Shown here one piece after another: positions 9,253-18,860 of a DNA stretch of 35,422 bases. The first letter of the stretch is position 1; the number at the start of each line of letters is the position of its first letter. Made by a program: the position numbers and the translations under genes. The notes under the pieces are model-generated. The model had not been told where the DNA came from. It worked only from the letters and a program-made list of their open reading frames with translations, and searched no databases. Origin of the DNA: an uncultured Candidatus Peribacteria bacterium (GTDB lineage: Bacteria > Patescibacteriota > Gracilibacteria > BD1-5 > JAGOOR01); contig CAYVZT010000002.1 in assembly GCA_964456455.1 (NCBI GenBank), positions 1-35,422 on the forward strand, in the 5' to 3' direction.

Positions 9253-12200
9253 GCTCGTCTACTTCTTCTGCCCGACAGTACGCCACACGATGGTTAACAT
9301 AGGATACTGGAACTGGAGTAGCTCCGGTCTTTAATTTTTTGATAAATCGAGCTAAGAATTCATCATTAATATCAATTTCAGTCAGCCCTCTATCTCCGAA
9401 TGATTTTACTATTTCTGTCAAAATTTGGTCAACGCCAGATCCTGGGATAAACCCATCACGCTTACAACCATTCTTCATCACACCTTGCAAAATACCTTGA
9501 TCGGAAAGAGTTTTAATAACTCTCTGGCGCAGTATCTCTCGGCGCTCATGACCAACCTCACGATCACTGAAGCTGTCATAAGCATCACGTATTTTATCAA
9601 CTCCCGGTCTGACGACACCATGTTCTCAGTGAAAATGATACGTAGCTTCTCGGAGTAGAAGTGCAACATTACCCGACCCATGAGTTGATTGTGCCTGTCA
9701 CAATTCTGCTTCCAAATTATCTCGAGAGACATTTCGTATAATTAAAAATGTTCCATCTATTTTCTGAACAATAATTCGTGCTTTTTTGTTGCGCAAATCA
9801 CGCTTATAATCTCTTTTGAGTTTCACCAGGTCTTCTCTCGCACGAGTATCTTGATCAAGAGCAAAGAGTGTTCCGTCACCATTTTTCATGATGTTATAAA
9901 CAAAAGTGAGGAGTACATTTTCTATCCTTTGTCTTATTATTTGTCCATCTTTTTGAGGAGGATTATTCAGCCTGAATGAGACTACTGGCTGCAATGTCAG
10001 CACTGCTGACCAACCATTCATTTTGCTGAGAGTAACCGCCGTTGGAAAACCATTTTCATACCGTGCTGTAAAGAATCTATATCATGCTGTTTTACAAGTA
10101 GATGATAATCTCTCCATTTCAGCATTCCATTCAGCTTCACCATTTTTTCTTTTTTGTTTAAATGTATCAATTTTTTGATTAAGCGCCAACTTGAGATCTG
10201 CTGTATCGAGTGCTTCAGATAGAGAAAATCAGAGCGCAGTAAACTCCGCATCAATATCTTGAATTACTTTTTTAGCCGCCATTTCTTTTGCATCATCTTG
10301 TTCCTGTTTTACTCTGGCTCGTATCTTTTCTGCGAGAGCGATCATCATATCTTGAGCCTCTGGTTCAAGTACTCCAGATATGATCCCCGTATCAGTGATA
10401 GTCCATGATCTATGATGTGGTCGAACTTCGACTCATTCCTCATCCAATATCTGTAGTACAGATTGGATATGTTCATCTTCTAGGCGAATTGTGACAACAC
10501 CCTCAGTATATTCACCTTCTTGCTCATAGAATTCTTGGTGGTCTGAGAGTACCATGAGCGCAGTACTGAGACTTTGTGTTTCTTTATTTTTCTCTTCTTT
10601 TTCTTGATTTTCTTGACGCACTCTGACTCGTATTTCTTCTGCCAGAGACAGTATCACATCTCTCCCATTTTCTATTTCTGGAGTTATAGCCCCATCGTCG
10701 TCGACACTCCATTGTCTATGCTTTGGAAGTATTTTTGAAGCAGATGAAATATGTGACTCATCGAGCCGCAGAGTGACGACTCCATCCGCGTACACGCCTC
10801 TTGCTCGGTAAGCATCGCGATATGCACTCAATAGAGTAAGAGCAGCTTCCAGACTGGCTCTTTCTTTTTCTTCTTCGGTAGGCTCTGGCGCTCTAGATAC
10901 TGGCATCAGAGGCTCGGATGGCTTGTGCAAATAATTCGTTTCTAGAATAACTGTTTTTGTAGTTGTATTAATTTCGAATTCTCTCCCTTCTGGTGCAATA
11001 AAAGTCACTCTATAAACTATTTTTCCATTCTGCTGCAATGTTTCCTGTGGTACAGATATCATACCATCAGCTGGAAGTGGCATATTTTCATATATGAATG
11101 TATACTCTTTATCGCCAGGCATCTTGCGTGATACTGAGATGAGACTCCCCGCTGGATAACCAGTCATGAGAATCAACGAACAATCAATATACCCCGGCTG
11201 TTTCCTATCATGAAGTTCCAGTCCTACTAAAGTAGTATCGAGCTCAATTCTTTTTTCCAGATGAGCTGCTTTTATTCTTTCTTCCTCTAGTGTTCGAATA
11301 TCTTTAGGCGATAAAAATCGCCCCTCACATGCAGACGAAACACGTCCAGCAATACAACGACTGAGCTCAAGAACATAATTATTGAGTCTCTCGATCTCTT
11401 TTGCTTTATCAATTACCTTTATTCTATCATTCATTATATCAGTTATTCTGGCATTCACCTCAGCTCTTTTATTTTCCAAATCAGCATCTCCAAAGGTATT
11501 GAAATTTCGTGGCAATATATACTTTTCTACTTTTATTGCCCCATTCTGTGTTCCCTCTTCTTCTGATTGTAAGATAGAGGCCAGGTCATTCTCGTCAAAT
11601 AATTCTCTGAAAAATTTCCCTTCCACTGACAATGGTCGAGACGCTACATTTCTTCGCATTTCCTTATTTTCATCTAATAATCGTCGCCAAAGATAGAGAT
11701 ATGGTGTTGCAGTCAAAATATCCATCATCCCCCTATAGCAAGCGAGATGTGTGGCAGCAAGAAGTGATTTAAAAAAATCCATCTCATGTTGTCTTTTTGT
11801 TCTGTTAATTGTGACGAGATATTTCCGCAATGGGTCCTCACATTCCGGGATATCAAAAGTAACAAAATTTCACATAAATAACATAATCTCTGGCATATCT
11901 GTTGGCTGCAACTCAATCAAATAATAAAACAATGCACCCATTCCCTTGTCTTCCTTGTTTGGAGTCAATACTTGATCGATATGGGCATCGAGTTGTTCCT
12001 GTAGTCTGAGTGATTCAAAATACCCCGGAACAGCACTAGCGATCATTTTTTTTGTGTCCCATTTTCTTCTCGTGCCAATAAATCTTTTCTGCCTCACAAT
12101 TCCAGTACCTATTAATACATTATCTGGATGTGGGGTTATAAATGTACAGTAATAATTGGATGATAAAAATAAAAGATTTTGTGCATCTCTGCGTAGATTA

Positions 12201-12673
12201 TCGTGTACATCTGCAAAATCTACATCTTCAGTACTCTTGGCTGCCAAGAGGCGCTGAGTCAATGGAGTATTTCTCACAACTCATTTTTCGAGCATAAACA
12301 TCTGAAGCAGAAAGAACGGGAGAAATTTCCTTTTGTCATCAATCATTTCCTTCGAGATATGCATGATCATCCTCTCGAGATCAGGGCCATGTTCATCATA
12401 CATTTCCTGCATTTTTGAGCGTGCAAACTCAAACATCATTTTGTAATATGTAGCATAATCTCTATTACTGTTCAAGAGAAATTCCCCTTCCAACCCCTCG
12501 CAGTACGCATACAAATCATCAAAAAGTGTATCAAAAAGTTTTATCTTTTCTGGCTGAGAAATATGGGGGCTCTTTCTATAGGCATTGAGTCGGAGAACCT
12601 TTGGAATATCATCCAAGTTTATTTCCACTATTCTTTTACCTTCTTCTGATCTATTACTGGGCGCGTTTGACAT
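9239..12673 (-). CDS. Large hypothetical protein (1144 aa) with two tandem ~95-aa internal repeats
   Basis: Track ORFs 12281..12673, 11870..12277, 10433..11830, 9698..10021 and 9239..9490 all share one frame. Hand translation of the gaps finds only TGA (7 in total) and no TAA/TAG. ATG at 12673, TAA at 9239-9241. I recognise no family. Confidence 0.7.
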
Positions 12674-12684
12674 AATTGTCTCAT

Positions 12685-12711
12685 ATACTATAAAACATTC
12701 TTATATGTCAA
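12685..12711 (-). promoter_or_regulatory. Candidate sigma-70-type promoter of the 1144-aa ORF
   Basis: On the minus strand, TTGACA (12711-12706), a 15-nt spacer, then TAGTAT (12690-12685), 11 nt before the ATG. Confidence 0.3.
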
Positions 12712-12766
12712 TAAAAAGATGCCACAATAAATAAAGCAAAAAACACTATGGTATCGAGCTTTACTA

Positions 12767-13879
12767 CTAAATCCGAGCAGGTACTTTTTTTCTACTTTTT
12801 TTACGCTTTATTGGATAAGGCCTTTTTGTAGCAAAAATATCTGCAATAGCTCATCGTGTATAGAGTTGCACAACACGTGTTCACGAGCGACCAATTATAG
12901 CAGAGAGCTTTCGCGCCTTGATAAGCTGATCTATCACTCACTTTGATGTTCAAAATACTTTTTCCCAACCCGTGGCTGTATCAACGAGATCTGTCGAGTT
13001 TTCTCTCATATCTGCTCATATCTCTACCCCGTTCGGATCAGTCTTTCCTGCAACAGGAAGCGCAAGCCAATCATCCAAAGATTGGATCACTATGTCTGCC
13101 ACACTCTTGGCTACAATGCCTTGCACTACTCACACAATTTGTGATTCAGAAAACACACTTTGAATCCTCTTATTGGCAACAAAAACTTGTCCAGCAGGTT
13201 CTGCTCCCGCCATATAGGTACGTAGTCACCCGTCACTCATTTGTAGATATTGAGCCCAGCTTGGTATAGTCCCTATTCTCTGTCCTCTATCACCTGTTAG
13301 GTTGGTCAAAACAGGGAGATCCAATGATGTCATTCAGAGAAGATGTTGAAAGGCACTCAGGCGATACACTCGCAAGAATTGCGGAACTCAGACATCAGGT
13401 CTATATTTTGCTATTCGTATCCCCTGTTTATGCTCCAATTCTAGAGCACATCGATCTACGCGAGGCCATGTAATCTCTCCATGCATATTCACAAATCATT
13501 GTCGAGTGATAAATTCTGCCCCGTCAATCACACAAACTTGACGAGCATCAAGCTCTGGAAGTTTTGCCTGTTTGTACAATTTGAGACATGTATCCACTAT
13601 ATCCTTCTCAGAATACAACTCTTGTGTTGGTCTATTGGAGGCATCAAATCATGCAAATTTTGGTAACTCTTTTCCATCTATTTCTCGCAAAAGACTGGTA
13701 TGTGGTATACCATACAATTGTGACCAACTATGAAGAGTAGCATACTGGATACCTTTTTGGTCAAGTGAAAATCCACCACCAGAATATGTGATTTCTCAAT
13801 TCCCTCCTTCTGCACCAGTAGTAGTTGATACCGATTCTGATGCATGTGAATTTAGGCCTGATTCTATCTCATGTAACAT
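12767..13879 (-). CDS. Hypothetical protein with four excisionase/MerR-like (HTH_17-like) repeats and a basic tail
   Basis: 370-codon frame that is open only under table 25 (12 TGAs by hand count, no TAA/TAG); every line was checked by reverse complement. The pattern x-W-x2-(L/V/M)-(Y/F/H)-G-(I/T/E)-x4-(L/V)...K-L...G...(L/V)-(Y/F) recurs four times, e.g. YATLHSWSQLYGIPHTSLLREIDGKELP and TATGWEKVFGTSKGVIDQLIKARKLSAIIG. C-terminus KRKKSRKKVPARI. Missing from the standard-code track. Confidence 0.65.
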
Positions 13880-13935
13880 AAATATTTTAAATATAATAAA
13901 ATATTTATAATAAAGTCAATTTATAAAACCACCGG

Positions 13936-14928
13936 TTAGCTCGAATGAGCAATCTGGATACCACCATTCTGCATAGCTCTCATCACCGAGAGATCATGAC
14001 CGTGTCCGGCTGCAAACACCATAACTGTCCCAACAAATCGAGCTCCACCCTGAAGCGGTATACCATAGGCACCGAGTTTATCGAGGACTTCATGCATGAG
14101 AAGCTCGATATTTATGCCTCGAAAATCATATTCAGAACGAGGGTTTTCGATGCCTTTTTTACCGATAGATACAGTTCTGCTTGAATCAATATTTACTATT
14201 CTTTGAAAGACCGGCAAAGTATCTAGTATTCTCATGAGTTTACGACGAAAACCATAACTCGGAGTACGAGCCCCAGCTATGTAGCGCTGGATGACTTCGT
14301 CATTGATTTTGACTCGTGCCCTCTGAGTACCGATAGCTCCTGGATATGATACCATGACATCGACGATAAGCTCATTTCACCCTTCATCAGGCAATAAAAT
14401 AGCATACGATCATCTCTTATTCTCAAACTCGATTCTTGTTGGCTCTGCAACTGTAAAAGTTTTTCTTTTTCCCACGACAGACGTCTGACTTGGTTGCATC
14501 AGAACATCAGCATATTGCTGAACACAGTCTATCTTAGTGGGGAGCGATACCGAACGAAATGGAAATACTGAACTTCGGAGAATAATGTCTGCATCGATAC
14601 CAAGGCCTGCCAGGAGACCAACAACGTGCTCTAATACCTGCACTCGAGTTCGTCCAACGAGAAGACCAATATTATTTTTTCAAGGACTTACCGCAGAAAT
14701 ATCCAGAACTGTATGCGACTCATCATTAACGCATATTCCCGGCTTTCATGGCTGAGAACATGGAGAAAATCAGAGCTCCAGTGGACGCCTCCAAAACGTC
14801 GTTTGTTCTTGAAATAAAGCAGATTGTTCGAGCATCCTCTCTAGAGCCATGTTTCTACCAGGTTGATTTGTATTATCAAAGATAGGTACTGGGCGCTCTG
14901 GTATGTCTGCGACAGGGGTTATTTTCAT
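13936..14928 (-). CDS. LpxC-fold (UDP-3-O-acyl-GlcNAc deacetylase-like) zinc deacetylase paralog 2
   Basis: Fragments 14410..14643 and 13936..14355 plus upstream sequence join across 5 TGAs. LpxC signature segments: RVQVLEHVVGLLAGLGIDADIIL (compare E. coli [21 protein letters not shown]), AGARTPSYGF (ARTFGF), MHEVLDKLGAYG (HKMLDAIGDL) and AAGHGHDL (KSGHALN). The ATG at 14928 overlaps the end of the upstream paralog; ATG 15018 is an alternative start. Confidence 0.7.
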
Positions 14929-15959
14929 GTGAGAGGTAATATGAGATGTTTCAGTGCTGCCATACGGAAAACATGATTTGTATTCTCAAGAATAATCTTT
15001 CACTGAAAACGAGCTCATGCAAAAAATACCAATACCTCTCCCAATAAATCCAACACATTATGATACAAATGCTCATTTCCCCCAGCTCGAAACTCGGCTC
15101 ACATCATTCCTATAATGTCCTCTGGTGTATGACGATACCGGGCTCTTATGTAGGTCTTGTGGGTCATACCTGAGGATCCGAGATTAAAAAACCATAAGAG
15201 CACCTGAAGAGCAATAGAAAGTGTCAATCTTATAGCGGGCTTTTTATGAGTAGATGAGAGACGCATCATGGCTCTGGCATGCAGAAATTGAGAAATTTCA
15301 TTTTCTCATATTTCAATCGGCATCGAGTTTGGGCAATTTGGCATATCAGGCTGGAGAGCAGACTCGACTCGCACACGAAATTCACTACATGGTTCTATCG
15401 TCATTTTTCTCATTATACCATATTTATCATCGAATAATTCAAAAGCATTTTGACGTGTCACTTCTATGACCCTTCTTGTCTCCTCTTTATCAGAACAGTG
15501 CGGAAGTATTTGCTGCACAAATCACTCAATACCTGGTCAAGTAACTGGAATCCAGTAGGTATTTTTTTTAAATCAAAAAAATGGAAAATGGCTCGATGTG
15601 AGCGGCCCCTTGCAAGATGCGCCGATTTGTATGGTTATACCATTATCCAATCCGATAGCTCTCAAAGCACCGCAGAGATGCTCAAGAAGAAAAATCTGAA
15701 AATCATGCTCTGGAGAACGTAAAACGAGCATTCTGCCGAGACCAGAATCCATTGCCTCAATATGGTTGATACTATACGGTACTTTGACTCATTCAACTTC
15801 GAAAAATATACCCGGCACATCACTCGGAATAATATCAAAATACGCATCTTGTGGAGCAGTAGGGTCAAATGGTCGCCCCCTTACAGTTACTTTCTGTTTT
15901 AGGATTCTTGATGGAGGATTGAGAGATACAGGCAGTGATAAACTTTCTGGTGTATGCAT
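14919..15959 (-). CDS. LpxC-fold zinc deacetylase paralog 1
   Basis: 346-codon frame open under table 25 (9 TGAs); it contains track ORF 15306..15518. Segments FLLEHLCGALRAIGLDNGITIQI, WIPVTGPGIEGFV (compare EIPIMDGSAAPFV), FLHARAMM, LYHNVLDLLGEV and NTNHVFR match the LpxC Zn-ligand and catalytic positions (E-H, H..D, H). TAA at 14919-14921. Confidence 0.75.
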
Positions 15960-16011
15960 GAAAGCAGATTATGTTGATAATTTTATTTTTTCAATAATTA
16001 ATTAAATATAT

Positions 16012-16038
16012 TTGACAATAAAACAATTTATATATTTT
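16012..16038 (+). promoter_or_regulatory. Candidate promoter of the alpha/beta hydrolase gene, near-leaderless geometry
   Basis: TTGACA (16012-16017), a 15-nt spacer, then TATTTT (16033-16038), 6 nt before ATG 16045. Lies in the AT-rich divergent region shared with the LpxC-like operon. Confidence 0.35.
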
Positions 16039-16044
16039 GAAGGC

Positions 16045-16842
16045 ATGAGAAAAACCGTTATCGAAATGAAAAATGACTCTGGTGCACCATCTCAAATTCA
16101 AATCACTGGAACAAATATAAGTAATCTCGTATTTGCACAAGTTTGACTGGGTGAAGTTATAGAAGGACATCAATTTATCAGATCTCTCGAAAAAGAAACT
16201 GAAAAATGAACATTTAGCCTTGCAACCATGAATCATCCACTTCATGCACCTGGCAATATACGAACAGATAGCTCTGAATTCAAGTTAGCACTCTGTCGAG
16301 CATCAACACGACGAGCGTTGCAAAAAATTCTGTGAATTTCCGAAGTAAAAAAAGTAGTGTGAATAGGTTATAGTCTAGGATTCTGGTCTATTTTTCAAGC
16401 ATTGTGCACGATGGATAAAGACCCGAAAATAAAAGGCATTCTCGCCAAATCAGGTATTCATTCATATGAGAGAATCCTTCTCCGATTTTTAGGAAAATAT
16501 GGATACCCTCAAAATAAACCACAAGCATGGGCTCAACTATTTAAAGAATTTCAGATGGACGAAACAAGTTGAATATGACAGATGCCAGTCCTCCCAGATA
16601 ATCCTATACCAATGCATAGAAATTTCTTACGTTGAGCAAGAAATCTGAAAGAACAATCTTGATGTCCATATGATTTAGAATGTTGGCATGGAACATATGA
16701 TCACTGGTCTACACCGGAAGACATAACAACTCTCTCACCAAGAAAAATTCACACATTTGAATTATGACACAGCTTGCGACCAAATAGAGACATAAATCGC
16801 GCCATTTTTGCAGCAGCGGAAAAGATTTTTATAGCAGACTAA
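16045..16842 (+). CDS. Alpha/beta-fold hydrolase (esterase/lipase-like)
   Basis: 265-codon frame open only under table 25 (9 TGAs; checked codon by codon). Nucleophile elbow VV-G-IGYSLGF (GxSxG), acid region WHGTYDHW, catalytic His in FEL-G-HSL. TAA at 16840-16842. Missing from the standard-code track. Confidence 0.75.
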
Positions 16843-17785
16843 TTTTATCACTGAGAACGATACACATCTCCTCGTATCTTGCCCCATATTTTCCAGGAAT
16901 ATAAATACCTGGCTCGATCGTGATCACCATTCCTTCTTGAAGAGTTTCATTAGATTTGGAGGAAATTCCTGGGGCTTCATGAATATCGATACCAACACCA
17001 TGGCCGAGTGAATGAGTGAAATATGTCTCATATTTCCCAAGCATAGTTCGGGATTTTTTGTCTATATCAGCTATCTTCATACCCGGCTTAGCCCAGCGAA
17101 TGATCTCCTGTGTCACATAGGTCACGAGCTCTCCTATGATTCTCGCTTCTTCTGATAGATTTTCTTGATAAACCATTCGTGTCATATCTGAACAATAGCC
17201 ATCATAGATAAGTCACATATCGAGAAGTATGCTCTCTCCTGGTTTTAATGCTCTCTCTGTCGGACTATGATGTGGTATGGCGGAGTGCTCTCCAAAAGCC
17301 ACAATAGGAGGAAAACTCGGACCCGTTGCGCCCTGCTCCAACTGAATAATTTGTATTTTGCGAGCCACCTCTCGCTCAGTCACGCCGACCTGAAGAGATG
17401 GCAAGAGAGACTGGTAGACATTTTTATTTTTCTGCTGTGAGATTCTGAGTTTTTGTATTTCTTCTGGAGTTTTTATGATTCTTTTTTTGGTGATAGGACT
17501 CGCTTTCATGGTGAATTTTGGACCAAATTGTTCGAGTTTTTCTTTGAGTGATATGGTGAGATATTCTGGATCTACCTCGATAGATTCATACTTTTTTAGC
17601 TCGTCTTTCCACTGTCCTCTATCATCTATAATGCGATAATGTTCAGGATCAAATAATCCACTTGTTCGCATATCACAGAAAATAATCGGTTTCGCAGCTG
17701 CCAATAAAATCATAATCTCTCCTACATCATGTGAGCGGACTCCAGTGAGATAGAAAATATCAGATGGTGAGAGAATGAGATGCAT
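16829..17785 (-). CDS. M24 family Xaa-Pro aminopeptidase/dipeptidase
   Basis: Fragments 17213..17863 and 16829..17185 share a frame and join at TGA 17213-17215, giving DM-G-LIYDGYCSDMTR. Metal-ligand motifs HSLGHGVGIDIHE and ITIEPGIY. The likely start is ATG 17785 (MHLILSPSDIFYLTG). Confidence 0.85.
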
Positions 17786-17856
17786 AAAAAATGGAGGAAA
17801 GAGAGTTCTGGAAAGAATAATCGAGCCATTATTTTTTTGAAAAGTCTTCTTTTTTC

Positions 17857-17885
17857 TTGCCAAAATAATAAAAATTGCCTAGAAT
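17857..17885 (+). promoter_or_regulatory. Candidate promoter of the pilin gene
   Basis: TTGCCA (17857-17862), a 17-nt spacer, then TAGAAT (17880-17885), 31 nt upstream of ATG 17917. Confidence 0.5.
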
Positions 17886-17916
17886 ACTCCCGTTTATTAT
17901 ATTTTGTTTCCTTTCT

Positions 17917-18435
17917 ATGAAAAATCAAAAAGGTTTTACACTCGTGGAATTGATGGTCGTACTGGCGATTATTGCTATCCTCGCTACCTCTGGTATCTCT
18001 CAGTATGGTAAATTTATCAAGTCAGCTCGCGACACTACTCGTATCGCTGACCTCGGCGCTATCAATGTCGTCATTCTCGATTCTATCCAGTCGACTGGTA
18101 TAGTCCCTGAAAAGGCATCTGACTTGGCCGACAAAATCAAAGATGTCGCTGGTAAAAAACTGATCGATAAACTCAACGGGACATCCGCATGTCTCAAAAA
18201 AGATGGAACCGTGACACCATGTGGATACAAATATGCTACTTGTGATGGTCGAACAGGATATATCCTGGCTACCACATTTGAAAGCACAAATAATCTGACA
18301 AAGTATGAAAAAGATGATGTCAGTACTTCTGACCCTACTGTGCTCAGCCAAGACCTCTATGAACTCGGTACTTGCAATGCCATCGATGCTGGAGGACCGA
18401 TGACGGTCATATACGACCCGACAGAAAAAGCATAA
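17917..18435 (+). CDS. Type IV pilin (prepilin-type N-terminal cleavage/methylation domain)
   Basis: Class III signal MKNQKG/FTLVELMVVLAIIAILA with Glu at +5. 172 aa. Followed by a terminator. Confidence 0.85.
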   Translation: MKNQKGFTLVELMVVLAIIAILATSGISQYGKFIKSARDTTRIADLGAINVVILDSIQSTGIVPEKASDLADKIKDVAGKKLIDKLNGTSACLKKDGTVTPCGYKYATCDGRTGYILATTFESTNNLTKYEKDDVSTSDPTVLSQDLYELGTCNAIDAGGPMTVIYDPTEKA

Positions 18436-18451
18436 TATCTCTCTAGATTTT

Positions 18452-18477
18452 ATCCCGCCTTTTGGTGGGATTTTTTA
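18452..18477 (+). terminator. Intrinsic terminator after the pilin gene
   Basis: Hairpin atcccgcc/ggtgggat (one G-U pair), loop tttt, then T6. Confidence 0.7.
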
Positions 18478-18550
18478 TGGTTAAATTTTAAATTTGCATT
18501 TTTAAAAAATTATTTATAGTAACGAAAATTATTTATTCAGTAATAATGCT

Positions 18551-18745
18551 ATGAATAGTCATGGGCAAGCATGGACCATCTCTACTATGTGTGGAGAAAA
18601 TTACTACCACAATAACATGGTAGACCCCCCTGAATCTCTCAGAAGAGCTTTTGGCATACCGACGAATTCTACTGTGACCAATATATCATCTCATACATCT
18701 GCGAGCGCAGTCCACCTACTCTTAAAAGAAGAAGAGGGTCAATAA
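18551..18745 (+). CDS. Small ORF (64 aa) or non-coding transcript upstream of valS
   Basis: ATG..TAA ORF between an AT-rich region and a hairpin plus terminator. The composition is not convincingly protein-like. Confidence 0.25.
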   Translation: MNSHGQAWTISTMCGENYYHNNMVDPPESLRRAFGIPTNSTVTNISSHTSASAVHLLLKEEEGQ

Positions 18746-18772
18746 AGACTCACTCATCCTCTTTCATCCCAC

Positions 18773-18803
18773 AAAAATCCGCTTTTTCGAGCGGATTTTT
18801 TTG
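18773..18803 (+). terminator. Intrinsic terminator 58 nt upstream of valS
   Basis: Hairpin atccgc(18777-18782)/gcggat(18791-18796), flanked by an A-run and T7. Confidence 0.7.
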
Positions 18804-18860
18804 CATTTCCTGGACAGACCATAGAATAATCACATTCTCGTTACTTTAAGTCTCTTCACT

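Noticed and set aside
10283-10858. The internal repeat of the 1144-aa ORF as a diversity-generating retroelement TR/VR pair.
   Set aside because: The two copies are strongly diverged at the nucleotide level rather than near-identical with adenine-specific differences. No reverse transcriptase is present in the window.
9239-16842. The accessory block as a classic integrative mobile element or prophage.
   Set aside because: I saw no integrase, transposase, recombinase or phage structural genes, no flanking direct repeats and no tRNA at the borders.
18480-18860. A T-box riboswitch controlling valS.
   Set aside because: I could not find the conserved T-box sequence (AANNNGGGTGGTACCGCG-like) or a specifier-loop arrangement. 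Only the terminator is clear.
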